Shown: positions 9,413 to 19,701 of the stretch, piece after piece
Layout: every line of letters starts with the position of its first letter
Numbering within the stretch: the stretch's first letter is position 1
NCBI GenBank assembly: GCA_017991615.1
Contig: JAGOQF010000001.1
Span: 1 to 51,018, forward strand
DNA: 51,018 nt
Direction of reading: 5' to 3'
Origin: Candidatus Shapirobacteria bacterium
Lineage (GTDB): Bacteria > Patescibacteriota > Microgenomatia > UBA12405
Translations under genes and position numbers: made by a program
Notes under the pieces: model-generated
What the model was told of the DNA's origin: nothing
Seen by the model: the letters and a program-made list of their open reading frames with translations, nothing else
Database searches by the model: none

Positions 9413-12058
9413 ATGACGGTTTCAAGAAATTGGAGGTTAAAGTTGTCTCGGTTTTTTGGTCGGTTTAGGTTGGGAAAAAAAACAAATCTGAAGAATAAAC
9501 TTAAGAGTAAGAAATTTTGGCTGAATTTTTTTAGAGTGATGTTGGTAATGATGGTGTTGGGAGTGTTGTTGGTTTTATTTTTGTTTGTGTGGTATTCCAA
9601 AGACTTACCTTCACCAACAAGGGTAGTCAGGCGTGATGGATATTCAAGTAAGGTTTATGATCGAAATAATAAAGTGCTTTATGACATTTATGATGATGCT
9701 AAACGCGATCCTGTAAATTTTAGCGATATTCCGGACTATTTGAAGCAGGCTACTGTTGCGGTTGAGGACAAGGATTTTTATAAGCACAAAGGTTTTGATC
9801 CGTTGACACCGTTTAGGATTATCAAAAATGCGTTTTATTTTCGAAAAGTAACCGGTGGTTCAACTTTAACTCAGCAATTGACGAGAAATGTGTTGTTATC
9901 AACAGACAGGACAATACAGCGAAAGATTAAAGAATTGATTTTATCGATTCAGATTGAGTCTAAATATAGTAAGGATGAGATTTTGGCTATGTATTTGAAC
10001 GAAGCGCCATATGGTGGAGCTTCTTGGGGAGTAGGGCCGGCGGCAGAACAGTATTTTGGTAAGCCAGTAAAAGAGTTAAATTTGGCGGAGTCGGCGATTT
10101 TAGCAGGAATGCCTCAATTGCCGAGTGTTTATTCACCTTATTCAAAAACACCGACAGCTTATATTGATAGGACTAACCATGTGTTAAAAAGAATGGTGGA
10201 GGATGGTTATATCAGTCAGACATTGGCAGATGAAACCATGGAACAGGTAAGAGATTATAAATTTAGTGGTAAGAATTCAACAATTAAAGCGCCCCATTTT
10301 GTGTTTTGGATACAGGAGATATTGGCAAAAAAATATGGGGAGCAAGTGGTGGAAAATGGAGGTTTAAAAATTATTACAACATTGGATTTGGATTTACAAA
10401 ATGAGGCGCAAAAAATCGTGGCTGAAGAAATTGACAAGACTGATGAGATAGGAATTAGTAATGGGGCGGCGTTGGTAATGGATCCGACTAATGGTCAGGT
10501 GTTGGCAATGGTGGGGTCAAGGGATTATTTTTCGGAAAAGACGGATGGAAATTTTAATGTGGTGACTCAGGCTTTGCGTCAGCCGGGATCATCAATCAAA
10601 CCGATTACTTATTTGGGAGCAATCAAGAAAGGGTGGACAGCGGCAACTATGATTATGGATACGCCGGTGGTATTTCCTGGTTCTGGAGGTCAGCCTAATT
10701 ATATTCCTAAGAATTACAATGGCAAATTTAACGGGCCGATGAGTTTAAGAAATGCGTTGGGAAATTCAATAAATACAACTGCGGTTAAAACTTTAGCTTT
10801 TGTGGGAGTTAAGGAGATGTTGGCGCTGTCATATGATATGGGTTTATCAACTTTGGAACCAACAAAGGAAAATTTATCTAGGTTTGGTTTGGCGGTGACT
10901 TTGGGTGGAGCTGAGGTTAGGATGATCGACTTAGCTTCGGCTTATACAGCATTTGCTAATTCTGGTGAGCGAATGGAGGCGGTAGGAATTTTGAGGGTTG
11001 AAGATAAAGATGGTCGGATATTGGAGGAATATAAACCGGCAAACGGAAAGAAGGTAATGACACCTCAAGAGGCATTTATAATTTCAAATATTTTGTCTGA
11101 TAATTCGGCGCGGCAAATGACTTTTGGATCGGTGAATTCGTTGATAATTCCTGGTTATCAGGTGGCGGCTAAAACAGGAACGACTAATGATAAAAAAGAT
11201 AATTGGACAATAGGTTGGACACCCAATTTGTTGACGGCGGTTTGGGTGGGAAATAATAATTATGAGTCGATGGGAAGATTAGTTTCTGGAGTTTCGGGGG
11301 CGGCACCAATATGGAAAAGAATTATGACTTATGAATTACCAAAGAGACAGAAGGTAGACTTTCCGGTGCCGGATAAAATAGTTTCGGTAAGTGTGGATAA
11401 GGTTTCTGGTTATCCAGCTCATGATGGTTTTGAGAGCAAAAATGAATATTTTATTGATGGGACCCAGCCAACAGTATCTGATCCGATTCATGTGAAACTT
11501 AAGGTGTGCAAGGGACAATTTGGTTTAGCCACCCCAGATGATGTTGCCAGTAATAATTATGAAGAAAAAGAATTTTTTTCTTTTAAGGAAGATGATTTGG
11601 TGTCAACTGATGGTAAAAATAGATGGCAGGAAGGGATTGATAGTTGGATTAGTCAGCAACCAGACAAAGATAAATATAGCCCACCGATGGATTATTGCCG
11701 TCAAGGGGGGATGGTGAACGTGGGAATTGACAGCCCGGCTCACGAGTCAACGGTGGAAAGCACGTTTGATGTCAGGATTACAACTAATTCACTGTTAAAG
11801 ATTACAGAAGTCAAATTATGGGTGGATGGTTATGAGAAAAAAACTTGGACAGAAAGACCGTTTGAGATGAAATTAACATTACCTGATGGGCCTCATGTTA
11901 TCAAGGTAAAAGCAACCGATAGGGATGGTAATAGTCAGGAAAGGGAGGCTAGAATTGGTGTTAATACCCCATGGAATGAAGTCCCGACTCCGACAATTTC
12001 AAAACCATCACCGACGGTTTTGCCAACAGTAACCTTAGCACCGACAAAAAATCTGTAG
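9413..12058 (+). CDS. Class A penicillin-binding protein (transglycosylase + transpeptidase) with C-terminal Ig-like and Pro/Thr-rich tail
   Basis: EDKDFY.H.G, GGSTLTQQL, RKIKE (GT51); QPGSSIKP (SxxK), SIN, KTGT. Confidence 0.93.
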   Translation: MTVSRNWRLKLSRFFGRFRLGKKTNLKNKLKSKKFWLNFFRVMLVMMVLGVLLVLFLFVWYSKDLPSPTRVVRRDGYSSKVYDRNNKVLYDIYDDAKRDPVNFSDIPDYLKQATVAVEDKDFYKHKGFDPLTPFRIIKNAFYFRKVTGGSTLTQQLTRNVLLSTDRTIQRKIKELILSIQIESKYSKDEILAMYLNEAPYGGASWGVGPAAEQYFGKPVKELNLAESAILAGMPQLPSVYSPYSKTPTAYIDRTNHVLKRMVEDGYISQTLADETMEQVRDYKFSGKNSTIKAPHFVFWIQEILAKKYGEQVVENGGLKIITTLDLDLQNEAQKIVAEEIDKTDEIGISNGAALVMDPTNGQVLAMVGSRDYFSEKTDGNFNVVTQALRQPGSSIKPITYLGAIKKGWTAATMIMDTPVVFPGSGGQPNYIPKNYNGKFNGPMSLRNALGNSINTTAVKTLAFVGVKEMLALSYDMGLSTLEPTKENLSRFGLAVTLGGAEVRMIDLASAYTAFANSGERMEAVGILRVEDKDGRILEEYKPANGKKVMTPQEAFIISNILSDNSARQMTFGSVNSLIIPGYQVAAKTGTTNDKKDNWTIGWTPNLLTAVWVGNNNYESMGRLVSGVSGAAPIWKRIMTYELPKRQKVDFPVPDKIVSVSVDKVSGYPAHDGFESKNEYFIDGTQPTVSDPIHVKLKVCKGQFGLATPDDVASNNYEEKEFFSFKEDDLVSTDGKNRWQEGIDSWISQQPDKDKYSPPMDYCRQGGMVNVGIDSPAHESTVESTFDVRITTNSLLKITEVKLWVDGYEKKTWTERPFEMKLTLPDGPHVIKVKATDRDGNSQEREARIGVNTPWNEVPTPTISKPSPTVLPTVTLAPTKNL

Positions 12059-12155
12059 TTTTTACCCAAAGATAGGGTTTTTATGATTTTATATTGTTAT
12101 TAGCAGTCTTTGAGTTTGATTGCTAATGTATCAAAAGAACTCAATCGGTATAAAA

Positions 12156-13961
12156 CTATTTCAAATTGAAGGCTTTGAGGTGAATGTTTTTGGCAGTCTT
12201 ATCGTCCAAATTAAAATATGAGGCTTGAAAAGTATAACGATATTTATTGGTTTTAGGATCTTGATAAATATCGGTAATAATTAATTCCCATAAAAATTCT
12301 TCACCAATAATTTGGGTATATTTTTTAATTAAATCTAAAGGATCATTTTTTTGATCTAAAACTACATTGGCATCGAGAGTTATAATTTGAGTTTTTAATT
12401 CGATAGCAGGGGTTTGATCTGATAATTGAGGTTGATAGGTAGTTGGTTTGGGTAGATCATCTAAGATAATTTCGGCAAAATTATCTTTTTGGTTTTGGGG
12501 AGATAAATTTAGTTTGGCAAGATCGGATTTGAGTTGTGTAGGATTGGGGTGGTAAAGCGCGAGAGCGGTTTTTTCAATATAATTGTTATCAATTTGAAAA
12601 TAAATTTTGTTAATTTCGAAAAATTGAGGTTGGGGAAGTTTAAAACGATTGTATTGATCGAGTTGGTTTTGAAGGGAAGGAATTAAAGATTGGCGAAGAT
12701 AAACAACTTCAGTGTTAATACTATTTTGAGTTTTAACTACGGTTTGGGGATCGAGTGGAGATGAAACTAGAGGCCAGGTGAGAACTTCATCATAACTGAG
12801 TTGGATTAGTTGATCTTTAAGAGAGTCGATTAGATAAACCATGGAGGGAGTAATGTTATCGACTTCTTTTTTGGCTAGGGGTTTGTCGGTAGGGATTTTG
12901 TCATAACCCCAAAAGCGAATAGCTTCGTTGGCAAGAGATTGGGGATTTATGAGATCTTTTCTGATTGAAGGCGGACTGTAGATTGTAGATTTGGAATCGT
13001 AGGCAGAAGGATTGAGTTGGTTTAGGCAGTTGAGGGTAAAATCGATAGGAACGTTGATGCCAGAAATTTGACTGGGAAGATTTAGATCGAATTTAATTTT
13101 TGGAGGAATTTCGACTTGAAGGTAGTGGTCAAAAACTTGAGAAGCAATTTTGGCGGAAGAATGTTTCAAAATTAAGTTAATTAAAAAATTGAAGGCTTGA
13201 GGGATGGTGTTGGAGTCGAGATTTTTTTCAAGACGGGTGGAGGCTTCAGTGGTGGTTTTAAGAAAACGACTGTTTTGACGAACAGTGGTGGGATTATAAA
13301 CAGCCATTTCAATAATGATGTCGGTGGTATCTAAATCAATAGCGCAGGCTTCTCCACCCCAAAAACTTAGACTTAGAGCTTTGTCGGGATTGTTAATCAT
13401 TAAAATATCGGAGTTTAGTTTGAGAATGGAGCCGTCGAGACTGGTAAATTGATCATATTTGGGGTTGATTTCCCAAATTAAATTTTCGCCAGATTTTTTT
13501 ATGTCGAAAGCATGGTTGGGAATGCCATACATAAACATGGCATAGTTGGTTAAATCGACAATTAGATTAACAGGGTTGGTGCCGTGGAGTTTAATGAAGG
13601 TTTGAAGCCAATCGGGTGAAATTTGATTATTGACGCTAGTAAGTTTTATGGCCATAACTCTTTTAACTTTGTCAGTGGTGATAGTAATGGGAAGTTGAGG
13701 CAAGGAAGAATTGGTGGGTAGGTTTTGAGCTAGGTTGACAAGAGGGAGGTTGTAAAGAATAGATAAATCGCGAGCAAGACCGTAATAACCTAAACAATCA
13801 CCACGGTTAACTTTAATATCAAGATCAAAGATAATTTCGTTGTCGATTTCTTCAAAATAATTGGTGAAGTGACCAATCATAGTTAAATCATCGCGAAGTT
13901 GTTGGGGTTTAACTTTAAGGTCGGGTAAGAATTTTTGGAGATGAGAGTAAATTAGTTTCAT
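12156..13961 (-). CDS. pheT: Phenylalanine-tRNA ligase beta subunit (short form)
   Basis: NRGDCLGYYGLAR, VDLTNY.M..YG.P.HAFD, T.EAS.R.EK, LRQSLIPSL; overlaps pheS. Confidence 0.9.
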   Translation of the reverse strand: MKLIYSHLQKFLPDLKVKPQQLRDDLTMIGHFTNYFEEIDNEIIFDLDIKVNRGDCLGYYGLARDLSILYNLPLVNLAQNLPTNSSLPQLPITITTDKVKRVMAIKLTSVNNQISPDWLQTFIKLHGTNPVNLIVDLTNYAMFMYGIPNHAFDIKKSGENLIWEINPKYDQFTSLDGSILKLNSDILMINNPDKALSLSFWGGEACAIDLDTTDIIIEMAVYNPTTVRQNSRFLKTTTEASTRLEKNLDSNTIPQAFNFLINLILKHSSAKIASQVFDHYLQVEIPPKIKFDLNLPSQISGINVPIDFTLNCLNQLNPSAYDSKSTIYSPPSIRKDLINPQSLANEAIRFWGYDKIPTDKPLAKKEVDNITPSMVYLIDSLKDQLIQLSYDEVLTWPLVSSPLDPQTVVKTQNSINTEVVYLRQSLIPSLQNQLDQYNRFKLPQPQFFEINKIYFQIDNNYIEKTALALYHPNPTQLKSDLAKLNLSPQNQKDNFAEIILDDLPKPTTYQPQLSDQTPAIELKTQIITLDANVVLDQKNDPLDLIKKYTQIIGEEFLWELIITDIYQDPKTNKYRYTFQASYFNLDDKTAKNIHLKAFNLK

Positions 13962-14971
13962 AATTGATTGGGTTTATAGGCTAAGTTACCACCCATGAGG
14001 GTGCGGATATCGCTAATTTTGTTTTGAGCCATAGTCCAACGATCGAGACCCATGCCAAAAGCAAATCCAGTCCAAATTTCAGGGTCGATACCGGCCATTT
14101 GGAGAACCTGAGGGTGAATCATACCACTACCACCCATTTCAATCCAGCCAGCGTATTTGCATAAAGGGCAACCTTGACCGTGACAATTGAAACATTGCAT
14201 ATCGGGACCAACTCCGGGTTCGACTTCGGGATAATATTTGGCACGATAACGAACAACCACTTTTGAACCATAGAGAGTTTTGAACATCAAATCCATGGTG
14301 CCAATCAAGTCTTTGACGGTAAGACCTTTATCAACCACTACAGCTTGATATTGATGAAAAACGAAATGGTTGGAGCGATTGACTTTTTCGTTGCGATAAA
14401 CGGCTCCAGGGAAAGCAGCGCGAATGGGTAAATTTTTGGATTGCTCTGATAATAAATAAGATTCGATGGTTGAAGTTTGAGTGCGAAGTAAGTATTCCGG
14501 TTCTTTGATATAAATACTGTCTTGCATATCACGAGCAGGGTGATCTATGGGGACGTTGAGACGAGTAAAATTGTATTCGTCGGCAACAATTTCTGGGCTG
14601 GTATAAACGGAAAATCCGAGAGATTTAAACAGGGCATTTAATTGACGTTCGGTTTGAGTGATGGGGTGAAGGTGGCCGATTTTTTTGAGAGCAAACAAAG
14701 GCAGGTTAGTTTTTTGAACAGTTGATTTAGAGTCTGAATGGATATTTTTTTGGTTAAGAAGGGTTTCCAACTCTGATTTGAGTTGGTTTAAGTCGGCGCC
14801 GTATTGTTTTTTTTGGTCTGGGGAAATGTCTTTGATTTTGGCGAAAAGTTGATTAAAGAGACCGCGACGACCAAAAAGTTCAATCCGAAGATTTTCTAAA
14901 TCCTGAGGGTTGGTTAATTGAGATATTTTTTGAGAATAGTTTTGTTTGATGGATGCTAAGTTTTGATCCAT
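13958..14971 (-). CDS. pheS: Phenylalanine-tRNA ligase alpha subunit
   Basis: GHLHPI, HPARDMQDS, LLRTQTS, YYPEVEPG, GFAFGMGLDR. Confidence 0.95.
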   Translation of the reverse strand: MDQNLASIKQNYSQKISQLTNPQDLENLRIELFGRRGLFNQLFAKIKDISPDQKKQYGADLNQLKSELETLLNQKNIHSDSKSTVQKTNLPLFALKKIGHLHPITQTERQLNALFKSLGFSVYTSPEIVADEYNFTRLNVPIDHPARDMQDSIYIKEPEYLLRTQTSTIESYLLSEQSKNLPIRAAFPGAVYRNEKVNRSNHFVFHQYQAVVVDKGLTVKDLIGTMDLMFKTLYGSKVVVRYRAKYYPEVEPGVGPDMQCFNCHGQGCPLCKYAGWIEMGGSGMIHPQVLQMAGIDPEIWTGFAFGMGLDRWTMAQNKISDIRTLMGGNLAYKPNQL

Positions 14972-14988
14972 AGATGACTTTATTTTAA

Positions 14989-15015
14989 CAAAAAACCCCG
15001 CTTTGGCGGGGGTTT
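14989..15015 (-). terminator. Intrinsic terminator after rplT
   Basis: Minus strand reads CCCCGC-caaa-GCGGGG followed by T6. Confidence 0.75.
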
Positions 15016-15036
15016 GATTGAAACAGTTAAATAGGT

Positions 15037-15378
15037 TTATTTAGCCGATTCAACCACGGCCTTAAATGCTTCAGGGTGGTTAACAGCTAAATCGGCTAGG
15101 ATTTTGCGATCGATGATAATATTTCGGTTTTTGAGCATTTTAATGAAGGCAGAATAGCGAATTTCAAAAGGTTTGAGAGCGGCATTGATGCGGACAATCC
15201 AGAGTTGGCGCAAGTCGCGTTTTTTGAGACGGCGACCGATAAAGGCGTAATCGCCGGCATGCATGACAGCCTCGTGGGCAACTTTGTAACGTTTATGTCG
15301 GGTCATCCAAAAGCCTTTGGCGGCTTTGAGAACCTTTTTGTGGGCAGCTCTTCTGACTGTTCCAGTTTTAACTCTCAT
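15037..15378 (-). CDS. rplT: 50S ribosomal protein L20
   Basis: MRVKTG..RR..HKKVLK.AKGF…KRDLRQLWIVRINAA…DRKILADLA. Confidence 0.97.
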   Translation of the reverse strand: MRVKTGTVRRAAHKKVLKAAKGFWMTRHKRYKVAHEAVMHAGDYAFIGRRLKKRDLRQLWIVRINAALKPFEIRYSAFIKMLKNRNIIIDRKILADLAVNHPEAFKAVVESAK

Positions 15379-15436
15379 AATTGTTTGTAAAGTTTAAAGT
15401 TATAAAGTTTATCAAGTTAGTTGGCAAAAATAAAGG

Positions 15437-15646
15437 TTAAAGGTGACCTAGAAGTTTTTTAACTCTAATAGCCAAAGCACCTTCAACAACTTGTTTACCT
15501 TTGAGGCGGCGAAGTTGCTTTTTACTCTTTTTGCGTCGTAGGTGACGATTAAAAGAGGACATACGAAGAACTTTGCCGGTTTTGGTAACTTCAAATCGGT
15601 TGGAAACTGATTTTTTGATTCTTAGTTTTTTAGGTGTTTTCTTCAT
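15437..15646 (-). CDS. rpmI: 50S ribosomal protein L35
   Basis: KKSVSNRFEVTKTGKV…RHLRRKKSKKQLRRL; lies between infC and rplT; ATG 15646 taken as start. Confidence 0.92.
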   Translation of the reverse strand: MKKTPKKLRIKKSVSNRFEVTKTGKVLRMSSFNRHLRRKKSKKQLRRLKGKQVVEGALAIRVKKLLGHL

Positions 15647-16199
15647 GAGTGGGAGCAACCTTCTTTTTTGAAGGAGTAAAAGTAATCATTAATCTTTTGC
15701 CAATTAGTTTAGCTTCGCCTTCGGCGACGGCAAAATCCTGGAGATCAGATTTAAATTTGGCTACCAGGTTGTGTCCAAATTGCTGTTGAGTCATCTGACG
15801 ACCTTGGAATTTTATACTTAATTTGATTTTATTTCCAGTAGCTAAAAATTTTTTAGCTTTATCAACTCGGACTTGATAGTCACTTTTCCCTATAAACGGT
15901 GTCATTTGGATTTCTTTGAGCTCGCCGCCTTTGATTCCCTTTTTTTCAGATTGAAGTTTTTTAGCTTCTTGATATTTGAATTTAGAAAAACTGATGAGTT
16001 TGATAACCGGAGGGACAGCTTTACCGTTGATTTCAATTAAATCTAAACCTGATTCTTGAGACATAGATCTGGCTTCGGAGATAGACATAACCCCAATTTG
16101 TTTGCCGTGTTCGTCTAAAAGTCGGATTTGGGGCGCGGTGATATGTTGATTAATTTTATAAAATTTATTGTTGGTATTTCTGTTTCTGAAACTACTCAA
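15630..16199 (-). CDS. infC: Translation initiation factor IF-3
   Basis: INQHI.APQIRL.DE.G.QIG, PPV.KLI, K.K.SIKFQGRQ; non-ATG (TTG) start. Confidence 0.95.
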   Translation of the reverse strand: MSSFRNRNTNNKFYKINQHITAPQIRLLDEHGKQIGVMSISEARSMSQESGLDLIEINGKAVPPVIKLISFSKFKYQEAKKLQSEKKGIKGGELKEIQMTPFIGKSDYQVRVDKAKKFLATGNKIKLSIKFQGRQMTQQQFGHNLVAKFKSDLQDFAVAEGEAKLIGKRLMITFTPSKKKVAPTHEENT

Positions 16200-16224
16200 G
16201 GTATTAATAATTTGTAACTATTGG

Positions 16225-18003
16225 TTATTTTATCAAATTTAAGGCTTTATTTGTGATTTGATCTTTGATTTGGGAAATAAAATCAGTTAGTTTCATAGTA
16301 CCCAAATCTTGACCATCACGTTGACGAACGGAAATGGTTTGGTTTTCGATTTCGCGAGCGCCGACGATGATTAAATAAGGAATTTTTTCGCTAGTAGCGG
16401 TGCGGATTTTGTTTTGCATGGTTTCAGATTTATCGTCAATTTCAACCCGGATATGATTTTCTTTTAGTTTGGTTTCAATTTGTTGGGCATATTTTAATTG
16501 ATTGTCGGTGATAGGGATAATTTTGACTTGCATTGGTGATAACCACAAAGGAAAAGCTCCAGCATAATGTTCAATAAGAGTGCCAACGAATCTTTCCATT
16601 GAACCTAATAGGGTGCGGTGAATCATGATAGGAGTATGTTCTTGACCGTCTTGACCTATATATTTCATATCGAAGCGCATAGGTAGATTCATGTCAAGTT
16701 GAATAGTGGTCCCTTGCCATTCACGACCCATGGCGTCAACTGCTTTTAAATCAATGGCGGGTCCATAAAATTTAGCCCCACCGATATCTTTTTGGAATTT
16801 AATTTTTCTATTGGTTAAAACTTCTTCAAGAGTTTTTTCGGCTAGATTCCAAACTTTTTGGTCACCTACATATTTATTAGTATTAGTTGAACCACGAATA
16901 GAGAGATAAACATTTAATTGGTTATATCCAAAAGTTTTGTTCATTGATAAGGCAAAATCTAAGATGTTATTGATTTCTTCAACAAACTGATCTTCTCGAC
17001 AAATTATATGAGCATCATCTTGGGTAAAACCGCGAACTCGTAACATACCATGCAAAACTCCAGACTCTTCGTATCTATAGACAGAACCTAATTCGCACCA
17101 ACGGAGAGGTAGTTCTCGATAACTTCTGGGTCGGGATTTATAAATTTGAATATGGAAGGGACAGCTCATGGGTTTTACATAATATTCATTGTTCTCGTTG
17201 TTACTTTTTTGTTTCATTAACATGGGTGGGTACATACTGTCTTGGTAAAAACCTAGATGTCCTGATGTTTCCCATAAGTTTGACATACCTATATGTGGGG
17301 TGAAAACATATTGGTAGCCTTGTTTACGGTGTTCAGAACGCCAATAGTTTTCGATTTCTTCTCTAATAATAGATAATTTTGGATGCCATAAAATAAGACC
17401 TGGACCTATTGATTCGCTAATACTAAACAAATCAAGTTCATTGCCAAGTTTACGGTGATCTCTTTTTTTAGCTTCTTCAATTTGCCATAAATAATGATCC
17501 AATTCTTTTTTATTTTCAAAGGCGGTGCCATAAATGCGGGTGAGCATTTTGTTGTTTTCATCACCATGCCAATAGGCGCCAGCGACAGACAAAAGTTTAA
17601 AAGCTTTGACTTGACTGGTATAACGGACATGGGGACCGGCACAAAGATCAACAAACTCATCCCCGGTTTGATAAATACTAATAACCTCTCCCCTATTTTT
17701 AATAGAATTGAGCCATTCCATTTTGTAAGGGTTATCTTTAAAAATTTTTTTAGCTTCATCAAGAGAGATTTCTTTTTTGATAATCGGTAAATTTTCTTTA
17801 ACAATTTTAGTCATTTCAGCCTCGATTTTAGGGAAGTCGGTTTCGTTTATCTTAAAATCACCGGTGGGTTCGAAATCAAAATAGAAACCGTCGTCGGTGG
17901 CCGGACCCATAGCCATTAAAAATTGGTTAGGATAAAGACGCTCCATAGCCTGGGTTAAAATATGCTCAGCGGAATGGCGCAGAGATTGAAGTTTAGAATT
18001 CAT
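16225..18003 (-). CDS. thrS: Threonine-tRNA ligase (no N-terminal TGS domain)
   Basis: LRHSAEH, DLCAGPH, KRDHRKLG, KPMSCPFH, RVRGFTQDDAHI, IHRTLLGSMERF. Confidence 0.97.
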   Translation of the reverse strand: MNSKLQSLRHSAEHILTQAMERLYPNQFLMAMGPATDDGFYFDFEPTGDFKINETDFPKIEAEMTKIVKENLPIIKKEISLDEAKKIFKDNPYKMEWLNSIKNRGEVISIYQTGDEFVDLCAGPHVRYTSQVKAFKLLSVAGAYWHGDENNKMLTRIYGTAFENKKELDHYLWQIEEAKKRDHRKLGNELDLFSISESIGPGLILWHPKLSIIREEIENYWRSEHRKQGYQYVFTPHIGMSNLWETSGHLGFYQDSMYPPMLMKQKSNNENNEYYVKPMSCPFHIQIYKSRPRSYRELPLRWCELGSVYRYEESGVLHGMLRVRGFTQDDAHIICREDQFVEEINNILDFALSMNKTFGYNQLNVYLSIRGSTNTNKYVGDQKVWNLAEKTLEEVLTNRKIKFQKDIGGAKFYGPAIDLKAVDAMGREWQGTTIQLDMNLPMRFDMKYIGQDGQEHTPIMIHRTLLGSMERFVGTLIEHYAGAFPLWLSPMQVKIIPITDNQLKYAQQIETKLKENHIRVEIDDKSETMQNKIRTATSEKIPYLIIVGAREIENQTISVRQRDGQDLGTMKLTDFISQIKDQITNKALNLIK

Positions 18004-18064
18004 GGCTTATTTTATCAGAAACAGCCTAAGTTTTTGCAAACAAAAATTTGTAAAATAGTAATTA

Positions 18065-19501
18065 GTGAAAATATTTAAGAAAAGTAATATTTTTAATTTA
18101 TTGGTGGTTTTGATAATAATTTTAGGGTTGGGTTTGAGGTTGAAAAATTTTAATGTTTTATCGGTAGATGGTCATTCGATGAGACAAACAGATACGGAGT
18201 GTGTGGCTTATTTTTTATACAACGGTAAGGCTAATTTTTTTAAACCAAAAAGTTGTTTGATGAGACCGGTATCAAATACTCAGGGGTACTTTTTTTTGGA
18301 AATGCCGTTTTATGAGAGTTTGATAGCGACAGGTTATAAAATTTTTGGTTCGGAAATTTGGGTGGCCAGAGGGGTCAATTTGATTTTGTATATGGTGGGG
18401 GCAATGGCGTTGTGGAAGTTTTTGAGTTTGTGGATAGATAAAAAAACTAGTTTGTTGGGACTGTTGATTTATAGTTTGATGCCGGGGAGTATATTTTTTG
18501 TTGGTCATGCAATTCATCCTGATGTGATGGCAGTAAGCCTGATTTGGGTGGCGTTGTATCTGATTTTAAAGTACAGTCAGAACAACAAATCAAGATTTTT
18601 GGTTGGCAGTGGATTGGTAATGGGAGTTAGTGTAGCCAGCAGGCCGTTTGGATTGATTGTAATGCCGCTTTTAATGTATTTTTTATGGAAAAAGAAAAGC
18701 TGGTGGCAGGATTATTTGACAATAGTGATATTGTCGGTTGGGTTTTATGGATGGTGGCGATGGTGGACTTATTTTTTGAATTTGGATATGAGTTGGGAAA
18801 ATTGGGTGTTGCACGGGCGGGAAAAATTGTTTGATTTGGGAATACTAAAAAATTTGATTTGGAAAAATATGGTGGGAGAAGTGATGGGAAAGACAGCCAG
18901 CGGTTTGGCGGTAATAGGGTTTTTGGTAAGTTTGGTGAGAAAAGACGAAAAAATAGTGCCCTTGGGGTTGTGGACACTAGGGGTAGTGGTTTATTGGTTG
19001 ATAGCGCCAAATGGAAATTTAACTCATCAATATTATGCTGATGTTTATATACCATTGGTGGTGGTTTTGGCAGCAATAGGATTGAATTTTATTTTTGAAA
19101 AAAATAAAATCTTGGGGATATTGATACTGCCGATATTGATATGGAATGGAATAAAGGTAAGTAGTTATTTTTTTATGCCTTATATTGAAGCTGATAAAGA
19201 TATTAAAATTGCTCAAGAAATTAAAGAGGAAATTGGAGAGGACAAAAAAATAATTTATTTGAATCGAGTTAATTCGGTGCCATTATCATTGTCGCATCGG
19301 CAGGGGTGGATATTGGGTGAATGGCCGACAGATGTAGCCGGACACATTTGGGCATTTATGGAAATGAGAAATTTTGAGTTTGATTACATTGTCGAGCCGA
19401 AGCATAAAACGGATTTAAAAGTGGAAGATTGGGAGATAATCAAACAAAATTACCCGTTGGTGAAGGAAGGGAAAAATATAAATATATTTGAGAGAAGATA
19501 A
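18065..19501 (+). CDS. Multi-TM GT-C glycosyltransferase (ArnT/PMT, family 39/83-like)
   Basis: N-terminal loop MRQTDT, EMPFY, HPDVMA and about 12 hydrophobic helices. Confidence 0.75.
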   Translation: MKIFKKSNIFNLLVVLIIILGLGLRLKNFNVLSVDGHSMRQTDTECVAYFLYNGKANFFKPKSCLMRPVSNTQGYFFLEMPFYESLIATGYKIFGSEIWVARGVNLILYMVGAMALWKFLSLWIDKKTSLLGLLIYSLMPGSIFFVGHAIHPDVMAVSLIWVALYLILKYSQNNKSRFLVGSGLVMGVSVASRPFGLIVMPLLMYFLWKKKSWWQDYLTIVILSVGFYGWWRWWTYFLNLDMSWENWVLHGREKLFDLGILKNLIWKNMVGEVMGKTASGLAVIGFLVSLVRKDEKIVPLGLWTLGVVVYWLIAPNGNLTHQYYADVYIPLVVVLAAIGLNFIFEKNKILGILILPILIWNGIKVSSYFFMPYIEADKDIKIAQEIKEEIGEDKKIIYLNRVNSVPLSLSHRQGWILGEWPTDVAGHIWAFMEMRNFEFDYIVEPKHKTDLKVEDWEIIKQNYPLVKEGKNINIFERR

Positions 19502-19525
19502 TTGTGAGTCTAAGAGGACTCGAAC
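19502..19525 (-). repeat. att-like copy of the tRNA-Val(GAC) 3' end
   Basis: TTGTGAGTCTAAGAGGACTCGAAC matches 21956-21979 at 23 of 24 nt. Confidence 0.9.
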
Positions 19526-19586
19526 TTTTGTTTGCTGGCAGGTAGGTTTACTTTTTGATATTATGGATGTATATTTTGCTATATTG

Positions 19587-19694
19587 TGATATAATTTTGC
19601 GGAAGATAAGCCGTAAGCGGTTTAGAACTTTAAAAAATATATTTTTAATTGTCTGACTTAGGATAAATAAAAAACGGGAATAAAATAAGGAGGT
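19587..19694 (+). promoter_or_regulatory. Extended -10 promoter and Shine-Dalgarno of the islet radical SAM gene
   Basis: TG-a-TATAAT at 19587-19595; AAGGAGGT at 19687-19694, 7 nt before ATG 19702. Confidence 0.65.
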
Positions 19695-19701
19695 AGTCGA
19701 G

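Noticed and set aside
16700-17500. Possible recombinant segment inside thrS (weak skew)
   Set aside because: Spot counts are also variable in the flanking part of the gene; cannot be supported without a windowed computation
19596-19690. Riboswitch in the 100-nt leader of the B12 radical SAM gene (AAGCCG-taag-CGGTTT hairpin)
   Set aside because: Only one short hairpin, with no cobalamin or SAM riboswitch consensus recognised; an Rfam scan would settle it
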